A DNA stretch of 64,000 nucleotides, taken from the NCBI GenBank assembly GCA_001821765.1, contig MHOA01000013.1, positions 15,456 through 79,455 of the forward strand, written 5' to 3'. Under the pieces are notes generated by a model, which was given only the letters and a program-made list of their open reading frames with translations, was not told the DNA's origin and did no database searches. This DNA is from Candidatus Ryanbacteria bacterium RIFCSPLOWO2_12_FULL_44_26. GTDB lineage: Bacteria > Patescibacteriota > Minisyncoccia > Ryanbacterales > HO2-45-13. Shown here in pieces: positions 18,548 to 27,901 of this stretch. The position numbers and the translations under genes were made by a program. Within the stretch, counting starts at the first letter, position 1. Each line of letters opens with the position of its first letter.

Positions 18548-20050
18548 TTGGTTATGTTTCATATCATATTTCCAATCATTGTCGTAGCTACGCTCACTTT
18601 TTCTTTTTACAGTCCCGTTGGTGATTTTACACCATTACAGAAGATAAGTCACATGCCCCGCTGTATTGGGAACTTCCTTACAACAATGAGCGCAGCACAT
18701 GACGCTTGCCGCGCGCTCGGAGTGGCCATTACTTCAACTCCAAAATTTTGGCGCGATGAATCCATCCCTTATGAAATAGCACGCACGTATGCAGAACTGG
18801 GGAAGCTTGATGTTGTGACAGAGCCGGGTGTTGTTGACGGCCGGCCCTATCTTACGCATGCAACGGGGTTTCCGCTTACCATTTCTTTAGCCGGATTTTT
18901 TAAACTGTTTGGTGTCGGGGTGGTTCAATCAAGGATATTTATGACGTTTTGGATTGTTGCCGTACTGATGGTGCTGTATTTAGTGCTGAGAAGTTTTTTT
19001 GGGCCGTTTCAGGCCGGTTTTGGCACCCTGTTAGTTTCTACGTTTAGCTCTTTTTATGCAAATGGCCGTACGTTTACCGGTGAAATTCCGGGCTTTCTCT
19101 TTTTACTGCTGGCTCTTTTTTTCATTTATAGAAAGAAACAATATATTCTTGGAGGCATGTTGCTCGCGATTGCTGTGGTGACAAAGCCGTCTGTGTACTT
19201 ATTGCTATTGCCCGCAGCAGCGTTTGAGTTTTTTATTTGGGATTTTAAGAAATCACTACGGTTTGGCGCTCGTTTAGCAATAGGAGTGCTCCCTGTAATT
19301 TTGTTATGGATTTTTATTATTTTACCCCAGCCTTTTAGCGTTGAGAGTTGGGCTGGCATGATTGATCTTTACAGACATCCGTTTAATGAACCGTCGCTGT
19401 TTTCAAGGTTGCCGGAGGCGTTTTTTGATCTTTTAACCAACTCCACGATATGGTACTTTGGGTTTTTGCTCGGGCTTATTTTGTTTTCCTACAGTAAAGG
19501 CGTTTTTAGAGATGATCAGAAGAGGTTATTGCATTTTTTCTTGCTTTTTGGCGTTTTGAGTATTATTTATTTTTTACGAAGCCCCGGGTGGTTTCGGTAC
19601 CTTCTCGTTACAGAGTTGTTCATCTTGGCGTTTACATTCCCAGCTGCAGATTCTTTAGTCCAAAAAAGAAGGTCGGCGGCTGTTTCGTTTGCCGGATTAT
19701 TAGTGGTGATTCAGGTATTGAATTTTTTCTTCTTTTCTGATATTCCTTCAGGGAGGGTAAGTATTAGCACGGCAGAGTTTATTAACAAGCAACTGCTTTT
19801 AGGCAACGATTCCACCATAGGGTTTATACACATGCCAACCGTAGCGCCGCTTATCTCATCCCACCGCAAGTATCAAATTGCACAGATTGGAGGGAAAGAA
19901 ACCTACGGCAAGCACCCTCTTATGCTTCCGGAAGAAAAACTTCCAGATTACATTATTGGCTATCAAGGTGAATATAACGACATCTTCGAGAGGCACTATG
20001 AGTTTGCGTTTGTAACGCCCGAAGGGTTTAAAATTTATAGAAAAAAATGA
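18548..20050 (+). CDS. GT-C fold ArnT/PMT_2-like glycosyltransferase (membrane)
   Basis: RDESIPYEIARTYAELGKLDVVTEPGVVDGRPYLTHATGFPL matches the ArnT DE...Y.EIA...G first-loop pattern. Polytopic. The exact start is uncertain. Confidence 0.55.
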   Translation: MVMFHIIFPIIVVATLTFSFYSPVGDFTPLQKISHMPRCIGNFLTTMSAAHDACRALGVAITSTPKFWRDESIPYEIARTYAELGKLDVVTEPGVVDGRPYLTHATGFPLTISLAGFFKLFGVGVVQSRIFMTFWIVAVLMVLYLVLRSFFGPFQAGFGTLLVSTFSSFYANGRTFTGEIPGFLFLLLALFFIYRKKQYILGGMLLAIAVVTKPSVYLLLLPAAAFEFFIWDFKKSLRFGARLAIGVLPVILLWIFIILPQPFSVESWAGMIDLYRHPFNEPSLFSRLPEAFFDLLTNSTIWYFGFLLGLILFSYSKGVFRDDQKRLLHFFLLFGVLSIIYFLRSPGWFRYLLVTELFILAFTFPAADSLVQKRRSAAVSFAGLLVVIQVLNFFFFSDIPSGRVSISTAEFINKQLLLGNDSTIGFIHMPTVAPLISSHRKYQIAQIGGKETYGKHPLMLPEEKLPDYIIGYQGEYNDIFERHYEFAFVTPEGFKIYRKK

Positions 20051-20071
20051 ATCCTGTTAGAGATCCAAGTT

Positions 20072-20173
20072 TTATGAATTTCGTTTTTCAAATGAGCGGC
20101 GCATATCCAAGAATGATGTTTACTGGCAATTATCATTCACGGAAATTTCCGATTTCCTATCTCTAATATAATG
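20072..20173 (+). repeat. Copy B of the conserved ~105-nt intergenic element
   Basis: TTATGAATTTCGTTTTTCAAATGAGCGGCGCATATCCAAGAATGATGTTTACTGG...GGAAATTTCCGATTTCCTATCTCTAATATA-ATG. The hairpin is shortened to GGAAAT/ATTTCC. Confidence 0.7.
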
Positions 20174-20869
20174 AAAGTTTCAATAATCATTCCTGTTTAC
20201 AACGAGGCAAAAACAATTCAGCGTATTGTTGATGTTGTTCGTGTCGCTTCATTCGGTTTTGAGGCCCAAAGAGAAATAATTGTCATTGACGATGGATCCG
20301 CTGACGGCACTTATGAGGCGCTGAAAAGCATTAAAGGAATTAAGGTGTTGCATTTTGAACGCAATCAAGGAAAGGGCGCGGCGCTAAAGGCAGGCTTTGG
20401 GCAGGCATCTGGGGATTTTGTTATTATTCAGGATGCGGATTTGGAATATGATCCAGCCGATTACGCTATTTTATTAAAACCCATGTATGAGGGGAAAGCC
20501 GACGTTGTGTTTGGTTCTCGGTTTAGGGGAGAATACCAGCGGGTGCTCTATTTTTGGCATTATTTCGGAAATTTTCTTTTAACGCTTCTTTCCAATATGT
20601 TTACTAATTTAAACCTCTCGGATATGGAAACGGGATATAAAGTGTTTAAGCGGGAGGTTGTCAAATCGTTCACTCCTCATTTAAGGTCAAAGCGTTTTGG
20701 TATAGAACCGGAAATAACAGCGCGTGTGGCACGGGGCGGTTGGCGTATCTATGAAGTGCCAATCAATTATTATGGACGCACATATGAGGAGGGCAAAAAG
20801 ATACGATGGTACGACGGGGTAAAAGCCATTGCAGCAATTTTATATTTTAATCTTTTTGATCGCCGATGA
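20171..20869 (+). CDS. GT2 polyprenyl-phosphate sugar synthase (DPM1-like)
   Basis: MKVSIIIPVYNEAKT...IVIDDGSADGT...IIQDADLEYDP...VFGSRF. Paralog of 16732..17445. Confidence 0.8.
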   Translation: MKVSIIIPVYNEAKTIQRIVDVVRVASFGFEAQREIIVIDDGSADGTYEALKSIKGIKVLHFERNQGKGAALKAGFGQASGDFVIIQDADLEYDPADYAILLKPMYEGKADVVFGSRFRGEYQRVLYFWHYFGNFLLTLLSNMFTNLNLSDMETGYKVFKREVVKSFTPHLRSKRFGIEPEITARVARGGWRIYEVPINYYGRTYEEGKKIRWYDGVKAIAAILYFNLFDRR

Positions 20870-22185
20870 AGACGGCATTTCCTCGTTTTGTTCCAGTCGT
20901 TGCTGTCATTGTAGTGTTGATCAGCGGTGCATATTCTTTTTATCATCATGACCGTCCACGCATTGATGCGCTTGGTTACGATCAGATCGGATGGAATCTT
21001 GCCCGTGGCTTGGGATATGTTGAGGATGAATCCAACGCCGCTACACCCGAAAAAGACTTTGCAATAAATAGAGTGGGGCCCGGTTATGAATTCTTCCTTG
21101 CCGGCGTTTATACTGTTTTTGGACATAAAATCTGGGTGGTATGGATGTTGCATGCCCTTCTTCGGGGGGTGAGTGTTGTGCTTGTATTTTTAATCTCAAG
21201 ATTGCTTTTTTCTCAAAATGAAAAGATCGGGATTGTTGCGGCGATACTGTTTGGATTTGTTCCGGATCTTATCGTAGTAAACGGATTGTTGCTTACTGAA
21301 ACGCTATTTATTTTCCTGCTGCTGTTGGTTACTTATATAAGTCTTGTTGCCGTTCGGGGTCAAAGCCGTTCCATGCCGGCTTTGGCGGGATTGTTTTTTG
21401 CTTTTGCCATTATGACAAGACCCATTGCAATACTTCCTTTCCTTGCATTTATTGCTCTTTTTATATGGAGAAAAAACTGGAAAGAGGTTTTGCTGTCGGT
21501 GCTTTTTCCGCTTATTATTATCGGAACATGGTCATCGTTTGTTTCCCGTCGGTACAGTACCTTTATTTTAACAACCGGTGTCGGCACGTATGACTTATGG
21601 GTGGGAAATAATATTGACGCAAAAGGCGGTTTTGAGAAGACTGCCGAACAGCTTGAGGCGCGACACAGCCTCAGCGTTGCTGAACTGGATACGATTTCAA
21701 GGAGTAAATACGTAGCATTCATTACAAGTCATCCGTTGCGGTTTCTTGAGTTGCAGTGGAGAAAAACAGCGCTTTATTTTAGCCTTATAAGACCCGGCGG
21801 GTATTGGATTCATCTGATGGCGCATCCATTTGAACGGTTATTGACGCTTTATGCCTCTGCGTTTTGGACGGCGGCTCTTTTTATATTTGGTCTTGCCGGC
21901 GCTTGGGTGTTGTACAGAAAAAGGAATGATATATCATGGTATCTTCTTGCTGTTTTTGCGTTGTTACAGCCGCTTGCAGTCATTCCCATTATAGTTGAGA
22001 CGCGATACCGGTACCCGTTTTTCCCTTTTTTGGCAGTTTTCGCGGCGTATTTTTTATTATTGCGTCCCATCATGCGCGGCGCTTTTTTTGGCGCACTCGC
22101 TGTTATTATCATTTTTACCGGATACGATGCGATTTATAATGCAAGCGAGATCGCATCGAAAATAATGAGTGTGTTTGCATTCTAG
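20866..22185 (+). CDS. GT-C fold ArnT/PMT_2-like glycosyltransferase (membrane)
   Basis: YDQIGWNLARGLGYVEDESN first-loop motif, polytopic. ATGA start/stop overlap with the upstream GT2 gene. Confidence 0.6.
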   Translation: MKTAFPRFVPVVAVIVVLISGAYSFYHHDRPRIDALGYDQIGWNLARGLGYVEDESNAATPEKDFAINRVGPGYEFFLAGVYTVFGHKIWVVWMLHALLRGVSVVLVFLISRLLFSQNEKIGIVAAILFGFVPDLIVVNGLLLTETLFIFLLLLVTYISLVAVRGQSRSMPALAGLFFAFAIMTRPIAILPFLAFIALFIWRKNWKEVLLSVLFPLIIIGTWSSFVSRRYSTFILTTGVGTYDLWVGNNIDAKGGFEKTAEQLEARHSLSVAELDTISRSKYVAFITSHPLRFLELQWRKTALYFSLIRPGGYWIHLMAHPFERLLTLYASAFWTAALFIFGLAGAWVLYRKRNDISWYLLAVFALLQPLAVIPIIVETRYRYPFFPFLAVFAAYFLLLRPIMRGAFFGALAVIIIFTGYDAIYNASEIASKIMSVFAF

Positions 22186-22197
22186 GACTGGTTATCG

Positions 22198-23286
22198 ATG
22201 CATCAGGTTTTATATCTTACGCGCGCAAAACTCTCTCTTTCTCGTGCTCACACACTCAATATTGTAAAAACCGCTGAATACGTGACGGCGCTCGGAGATT
22301 GTACTGTGACGTTGTTTTCTGCCGCAAAGGAATCAAAAAGCAAGGAAGCTATTTTCCATGATAAGGCTGTTAGGAACGATTTCCCGCTTGATATATGTGT
22401 TCGTCGCCGTTCGGTTTTTCGCGCTCTTCTTTCTTTGCATCGCAAATATGATGTGATATATCTAAGGGATCCGTTTTTGTGGCATGTTGGATGTTTTGCC
22501 AGATTTATTTTAAGGAAAAAAGTTGTTTTTGAGGTGCACGGCAGCCATGAATGGTGGTGGGCCAAGCCTTTTTGGCGATTTTCCATTGCTGCAGCTCACG
22601 GACTTCTATTTATCACTAAAAATCTTCAGGAATATTACAATTCAGCAAAACCGCAGATTGTTGTGCATACGGGAGGATTTGACGCTGCCGATTTTGAAGA
22701 TCGTCCTGATATACGGGAATTACGCTCCGAACTTTCACTGCCCCAAAACGCAACCATTATTCTTTATGCCGGCAGTTTTCTTTGGCATTCCAAAGATATG
22801 CTTGTTTCGCTTATTGAAAAACTGCCCCAATCGGCCATTCTAGTGGTCCTTGGCGTTAAAAAGGAAGAGAAACAGGTGTTGGAGAAAATGGCGCGTGAGA
22901 GGAACATTCTTCATCGCCTTATGGTTATTGGGCGTCTTACTCCTTCTGCTGTCCCGCCTTATCTCCTTGCCGCTGATATACTCATTAACCCTCTGCTGAT
23001 TCAGTATCCAGGAAGCGTTTCATCTAAGCTTTTTGAATACCTTGCTGCGGGAAAGCCGATTGTTTCATCTGGCGGGGCTGCAGTCAGGGAAATTCTTATA
23101 GACGGTCAAAACGCACTTTTGGTGGATTCTCCCACTGCAGAACATTTTGCGCACGCAATCAAACGTATTATAGAGAACAACAATGTAAGAATATTGCTTT
23201 CTAAAAACGCCCTTAAGGATTCTCGTGCATATACATGGCAAAAAAGAGCAGAGGTTGTTTCAGAATTTCTCAAGGGAATTTTATGA
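22198..23286 (+). CDS. Glycosyltransferase family 1 (GT4)
   Basis: C-terminal domain KLFEYLAAGKPIVSSGGAAVREILIDGQNALLVD. Confidence 0.7.
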   Translation: MHQVLYLTRAKLSLSRAHTLNIVKTAEYVTALGDCTVTLFSAAKESKSKEAIFHDKAVRNDFPLDICVRRRSVFRALLSLHRKYDVIYLRDPFLWHVGCFARFILRKKVVFEVHGSHEWWWAKPFWRFSIAAAHGLLFITKNLQEYYNSAKPQIVVHTGGFDAADFEDRPDIRELRSELSLPQNATIILYAGSFLWHSKDMLVSLIEKLPQSAILVVLGVKKEEKQVLEKMARERNILHRLMVIGRLTPSAVPPYLLAADILINPLLIQYPGSVSSKLFEYLAAGKPIVSSGGAAVREILIDGQNALLVDSPTAEHFAHAIKRIIENNNVRILLSKNALKDSRAYTWQKRAEVVSEFLKGIL

Positions 23287-24296
23287 AAATTCTTTTTTTT
23301 ACAAAAGGGGGGGTTACTGTTGCGAGTTCCAATGAGCGTGTCTGGATTGTCGCAGATTATCTAAGGAAGCATTATGGGTATGAATATGATATAGTGTCCG
23401 CGCGCGAAAGCGGAATAAAAGATGCTTTTGCGAAACTCTTTAAAAATTCGTACGATGTTTTGGTTGTTCATAAATCACTGTTCTCGTTTAAAGTTGTTGC
23501 TCTGCTGGTGCTCGCCAAGCTTCTTTTACGCAAACGCTTTATCTATGATCTTGATGATGCGCAATGGCTGCATTCTCCAAAAAAAAGCGCGCTCTTCGCG
23601 CGTCTTGCAGATACGGTCTTCGCGGGAAGTCATTACATTATGGAGTGGGCGGAACATTTCAACAGCAGCGTTGTGCATATACCTACACTTGTTGACCATA
23701 AGCGCTTTGCTCAATATAAGGTCAGTCATAAAAACAAACACCGTTACACTATCGGGTGGATTGGCGGGGGGCCGGAGCATTTTAGGAGAGGGAATTTTAG
23801 CATTATCCGTCCCGCGCTTGAAAAACTGGGTAAACGAGGATGCTGTTTTCGTTTTTATATTATAGGAACACGCGGCCACAAACCACTTGAAGCATATATA
23901 CAATCTCCGTTTTATGAGATCAACATTGTACCATTTATTCCTTATGCTGATGTTCCGAAATATATACGGGATTTTGATATCGGCGTTATGCCGTTACAGG
24001 ATGATCCTTTTGAACGAGCTAAATGCGCTGCGAAGGCAATTCAGTATATGGCGGTCGGCGTTCCGCCAGTAGTAAGTCCGGTGGGGGAGAATGTGTTTGT
24101 CGTTGAAAACGGAAAGGACGGGTTTCTTGCTTCTTCAACGGATGAATGGGTTAACATTTTTGAGATGTTATTGGAAGATACAGCGTTAAGAAATAAGATA
24201 GGAAAAGCCGGGATGGAAAAAGTAAAAAACAATTATTCCCACAAAACAGTGCTTAAGCGCTACGCTACTATCGTTGCATCCTTGATGCAAAAGTGA
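23283..24296 (+). CDS. Glycosyltransferase family 1-like
   Basis: GT-B C-terminal pattern AIQYMAVGVPPVVSPVGENVFVVENGKDGFL. ATGA overlap with the upstream gene. Start chosen at MKILFF. Confidence 0.55.
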   Translation: MKILFFTKGGVTVASSNERVWIVADYLRKHYGYEYDIVSARESGIKDAFAKLFKNSYDVLVVHKSLFSFKVVALLVLAKLLLRKRFIYDLDDAQWLHSPKKSALFARLADTVFAGSHYIMEWAEHFNSSVVHIPTLVDHKRFAQYKVSHKNKHRYTIGWIGGGPEHFRRGNFSIIRPALEKLGKRGCCFRFYIIGTRGHKPLEAYIQSPFYEINIVPFIPYADVPKYIRDFDIGVMPLQDDPFERAKCAAKAIQYMAVGVPPVVSPVGENVFVVENGKDGFLASSTDEWVNIFEMLLEDTALRNKIGKAGMEKVKNNYSHKTVLKRYATIVASLMQK

Positions 24297-24332
24297 ATTT
24301 TCGTTACACTTGAAGCTCACGCAGCTTATTCA

Positions 24333-25325
24333 ATGATTATGCGAAAGATTTTGGTGACAGGCGGCTCCGGATACATAGGAAGTGTCTTAATAAGGCGCCT
24401 GCTTGAAAAAGGATACGGTATCCGTGTTTTGGATATCGGTTTTTTTGGGCACGAGTCGTTACATGACGTTAAGGATAAAATAGAATTGGTGGAAGGCGAT
24501 ATACGATTGGCGGGGAAGGATATTTTTAAAGGGATGAGTGCCGTTATTCACCTTGCCGGATTTTCTAATGATCCAACAGCAGAATACAGACCAAAAGAGA
24601 ATTTTTCCGTTAATGTTGACGGCACACGTCATGTTGTGAATTTTGCCAAAGAATCGGGTGTTGAAAAATTCGTTTTTGGGTCTTCATGTTCCGTTTACTA
24701 TACGACAAATCCCGATAATATGGAAAAAAATGAGGATCATTTTATAACGCCAACGGTACCGTACGCCCTGTCCAAACATATGGCGGAGGATATTGTATTG
24801 GATGCGGGAGATGCTTCGTTTATACCGGTTGTCTTCAGAAAAGGAACGGTGTACGGATTATCTCCGCGCATGCGTTATGATTTGGTTGTCAATGCACTGC
24901 TCAAAGACGCTTTTACCAGCAAAAAGATGATTTTACACCAAGGGGGAAGAATGTGGAGGCCGCTGCTGGATATTGAAAGTGCGGCGTCTGCGTATATCTA
25001 TGCCATTGAGCATGATATTTCTGGTATCTTTAATCTTGTTGATAGCAATGTTTTGGTAAGTGACTTGGCAGACCGTATATGTGCCATTCTTAAGGAAATT
25101 TACAATGAAGACATATCGATTGAGAAAATAGACGTTGGGGTTGCAAGAAGTTACAGGGTGTCGGGGGACAAGTTACGGCAGCATGGATTTAGGCCTCCGC
25201 GGGAATTTCGCAAAGCTATTTGTGAAATGTGGGATGATCTTTTAAAGCGCGGTGATATTCACCACGAGAAATATTATAATATAAGAACATTTGAGAAATT
25301 ATTTCCTAATCATTCTAATAATTAA
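24333..25325 (+). CDS. NAD-dependent epimerase/dehydratase (extended SDR)
   Basis: VTGGSGYIGSVL Rossmann motif, GSSCSVYY, YALSK. Confidence 0.75.
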   Translation: MIMRKILVTGGSGYIGSVLIRRLLEKGYGIRVLDIGFFGHESLHDVKDKIELVEGDIRLAGKDIFKGMSAVIHLAGFSNDPTAEYRPKENFSVNVDGTRHVVNFAKESGVEKFVFGSSCSVYYTTNPDNMEKNEDHFITPTVPYALSKHMAEDIVLDAGDASFIPVVFRKGTVYGLSPRMRYDLVVNALLKDAFTSKKMILHQGGRMWRPLLDIESAASAYIYAIEHDISGIFNLVDSNVLVSDLADRICAILKEIYNEDISIEKIDVGVARSYRVSGDKLRQHGFRPPREFRKAICEMWDDLLKRGDIHHEKYYNIRTFEKLFPNHSNN

Positions 25326-25328
25326 CAT

Positions 25329-25802
25329 ATGAATAAAAATCAAACAGCACCAACGGGAGAAATTGAGGGACTTATTATAAAAGATCTGGAAGTGCACAGC
25401 GATGATCGGGGGTACCTGTTTGAGCTCGCTCATTCGTATGATCTTCCGGGGTTTGGTCAGGTGTATGCAGTGGGTGATCCCGTGAGAGGTTCCATCAGGG
25501 CTTTCCATAAACATGACAAACTATGGGATCTTTTTTGTATCGTGAGCGGTTCGGCAAAGTTTGTGTTTGTTGATGACCGCGCTGACGCCAAGACTAAGGG
25601 TAATATGCAGATCATTGTCGCAGGCGAGCGTTCACCAAAACTTATTATTGTCCCTCCGGGGATTTACCACGGCTGGATGTCACTTGAAGATAACACTCTT
25701 TTGATCTCAACCGCTTCTGAGCTTTATAATCGTGAAGCTCCGGACGAATACCGCATTGATCCGTACACCTACGGGGATGTATGGACTGTGAAGGGAAAAT
25801 AA
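25329..25802 (+). CDS. RmlC-like cupin (dTDP-sugar 3,5-epimerase / ketoisomerase family)
   Basis: HSDDRGYLFEL...FHKHDKLWDLFCIVSGSAKFVFVDDR matches the RmlC-like cupin core. Confidence 0.5.
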   Translation: MNKNQTAPTGEIEGLIIKDLEVHSDDRGYLFELAHSYDLPGFGQVYAVGDPVRGSIRAFHKHDKLWDLFCIVSGSAKFVFVDDRADAKTKGNMQIIVAGERSPKLIIVPPGIYHGWMSLEDNTLLISTASELYNREAPDEYRIDPYTYGDVWTVKGK

Positions 25803-25939
25803 ATTACTGATAATGTAAAGTTAAAAAATCAAAGTGCAAAATAACAAAAAAATATCCAATATTTTAACCCCGAGCACATGAACACTGAAAGGAAAGAAAT
25901 AATTTTATCATTTTAATCTGTCATTTTACATTTTGAATT

Positions 25940-26824
25940 ATGGTTATTGTCATTTGCGGAGGAGAAGGGCAACTGGCGCGCGAATTTGCGGCATATTTTA
26001 AAAACTATCACTCTGCTGTTAAGGTGACGTCACTCTCACACGGTGATCTGGACATAACCCAGGAAAAAAGCGTTCTAGAAGTTTTTAAACAGCTCCGCCC
26101 TCATGTTGTTATTAATACCGTTGCGTACCATAAGGTTGATGAATGTGAGAGAAATGTGGCGCGCAGTTTTAACGTTAATGCATTCGGCGGCTATCTGGTT
26201 GCAAAAATGAGCCGTGATATAGGAGCGCGGTCAATGTATTTTAGCACGAACTATGTCTTTGACGGCGCAAAAGCAACTCCGTATGAAGAAACAGATATCC
26301 CTAATCCGCTTAATATTTACGGTCATTCCAAGGCCCTTGCGGAACGGTTGATTCATGTGTGCGATCCTCAGGCGTGGATTGTTCGCACAAATGGTCTTTT
26401 CGGACGTTACTGCGGACCAAAAACAAAAGGCGGGAGTGGAAATTTCGTTGATTTTGTTTTAGGAAACGCAAAAGAAAACGCTGATTTGGAAATGGTGTCT
26501 GACCAAAACATTACCCCGACGTTTACGGCCGATCTCGTTAAGGCGTGTGTTCAGCTGATTTTGGAGAATGAAAAAGGAGGTATATTTCATATCACAAACA
26601 GTGGAGAGACGACATGGTTTGAGATTGCTGAAAAAATTTATGCGTTAGTTGGTTCACATGGCAGGGTAAAACCCATTACGACAGAAGAAAGAAATGCACC
26701 GGCAATGCGCCCTAAAAACGCCGTATTGGCAAATAACAGGCTTAAAGCATTGGGGTTCTCAACACTTCCTGATTGGAAGGTTGCATTAAGAAAGCATCTT
26801 GAGTTGAAAGGGGTCTTGCCTTAA
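25940..26824 (+). CDS. rmlD: dTDP-4-dehydrorhamnose reductase-like (RmlD family)
   Basis: MVIVICGGEGQLAREF..., HVVINTVAYHKVDECE, YGHSKALAE (YxxxK). Length ~290 aa. Confidence 0.7.
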   Translation: MVIVICGGEGQLAREFAAYFKNYHSAVKVTSLSHGDLDITQEKSVLEVFKQLRPHVVINTVAYHKVDECERNVARSFNVNAFGGYLVAKMSRDIGARSMYFSTNYVFDGAKATPYEETDIPNPLNIYGHSKALAERLIHVCDPQAWIVRTNGLFGRYCGPKTKGGSGNFVDFVLGNAKENADLEMVSDQNITPTFTADLVKACVQLILENEKGGIFHITNSGETTWFEIAEKIYALVGSHGRVKPITTEERNAPAMRPKNAVLANNRLKALGFSTLPDWKVALRKHLELKGVLP

Positions 26825-26827
26825 TAC

Positions 26828-27892
26828 TTAAGAAGTCCGGATTTTTTCTACAATCCTTACAATTTGATTTGCAACGTCCACGCAAGTTCCAATTTTGCCG
26901 GAAAAAAGAACCACGCATCTATCGTTAATTTTTTCAACCCATGTCGGTCTGGTATCGTCATGCTCCTTGTAAGGCGGAACAGCACGGACAGTGTACATAG
27001 ATCCGACGTGTTCTGCTCGTTCGATTTCATAGAAGAATTCTTCGGCTGATTCAATGAAACTTTGAAAGTTTGTAATAGGCGGATTCTCAATAATTCCTTT
27101 ATTTAATAGTGGTTGGAACATATGGGGAATTTCTGGAAATTTTCCGATATTTGTGTGGTGAACAGCGTGCGCCACATTGCCCATCACAAACATACCTGTA
27201 GAGCCGAATGGGTCAATACACATAAATGGTCCGTCCAGAATAACTATGCTTTTGCCGTTATAGATTGATGGAAGTTTTACTACCGGTTTTTCACAAAGTT
27301 CGAATTGATAATCATGTTGTCTGTTGGGAAAGTTTTTCAGAAGTGTATTGTTGTTTGCATATAGAGCAATGACTGTAAAATCGTATTTTCTCAAATCTCT
27401 TTCACTGGCAACGCGATTTAGTAAAAGGTTTACCCCATATTCATTCAATTTTTTCTTGCAGAATATGTTAAGCTTTGGAAGGTCAATAAGTTCCTCTTGA
27501 ACTTTTGCTATATATTCGATTTTTTCTTTCTTTACAACGGTTAGTTCATCCTCTTCATACGGAAGGTTGCAAGCATCCCAAATTGTTCTGCATTGTTTTG
27601 CGTTAGTTAATGTGTTTTCTTTTGCAATGCAGTAAAAATGGTCAATTGGTTCGTCGATCAGGGTGTCTTTGTATTCTTTTATGAAACTTTTCTCTCCTTG
27701 ACAAGAAAGAAGAATGGTTTCCACGCTCCTCGGATAATGAAAGCCTTTGTGAAGGCGATATTGATTGATTCCAGATGCTGCCGTGAGGATGTCCGGTTGT
27801 TTTTCATAAAGATCAACACCATGGCCCTTTTGTGCCAACTTCCAAGCGGACGTGATTCCAAATATCCCTCCTCCTACAACCGCTATTTTCAT
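26828..27892 (-). CDS. FAD-dependent oxidoreductase
   Basis: N-terminal MKIAVVGGGIFGITSAWKLAQKGHGVDLYEK is a Rossmann dinucleotide-binding fold. Confidence 0.5.
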   Translation of the reverse strand: MKIAVVGGGIFGITSAWKLAQKGHGVDLYEKQPDILTAASGINQYRLHKGFHYPRSVETILLSCQGEKSFIKEYKDTLIDEPIDHFYCIAKENTLTNAKQCRTIWDACNLPYEEDELTVVKKEKIEYIAKVQEELIDLPKLNIFCKKKLNEYGVNLLLNRVASERDLRKYDFTVIALYANNNTLLKNFPNRQHDYQFELCEKPVVKLPSIYNGKSIVILDGPFMCIDPFGSTGMFVMGNVAHAVHHTNIGKFPEIPHMFQPLLNKGIIENPPITNFQSFIESAEEFFYEIERAEHVGSMYTVRAVPPYKEHDDTRPTWVEKINDRCVVLFSGKIGTCVDVANQIVRIVEKIRTS

Positions 27893-27901
27893 ATTTTTAT
27901 A

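Noticed and set aside
23422-23903. Overlapping 147-aa (+) and 125-aa (-) ORFs inside the GT1 gene 23283..24296
   Set aside because: They are alternative-frame and antisense ORFs within a gene whose frame shows clear GT-B features. They are treated as spurious.
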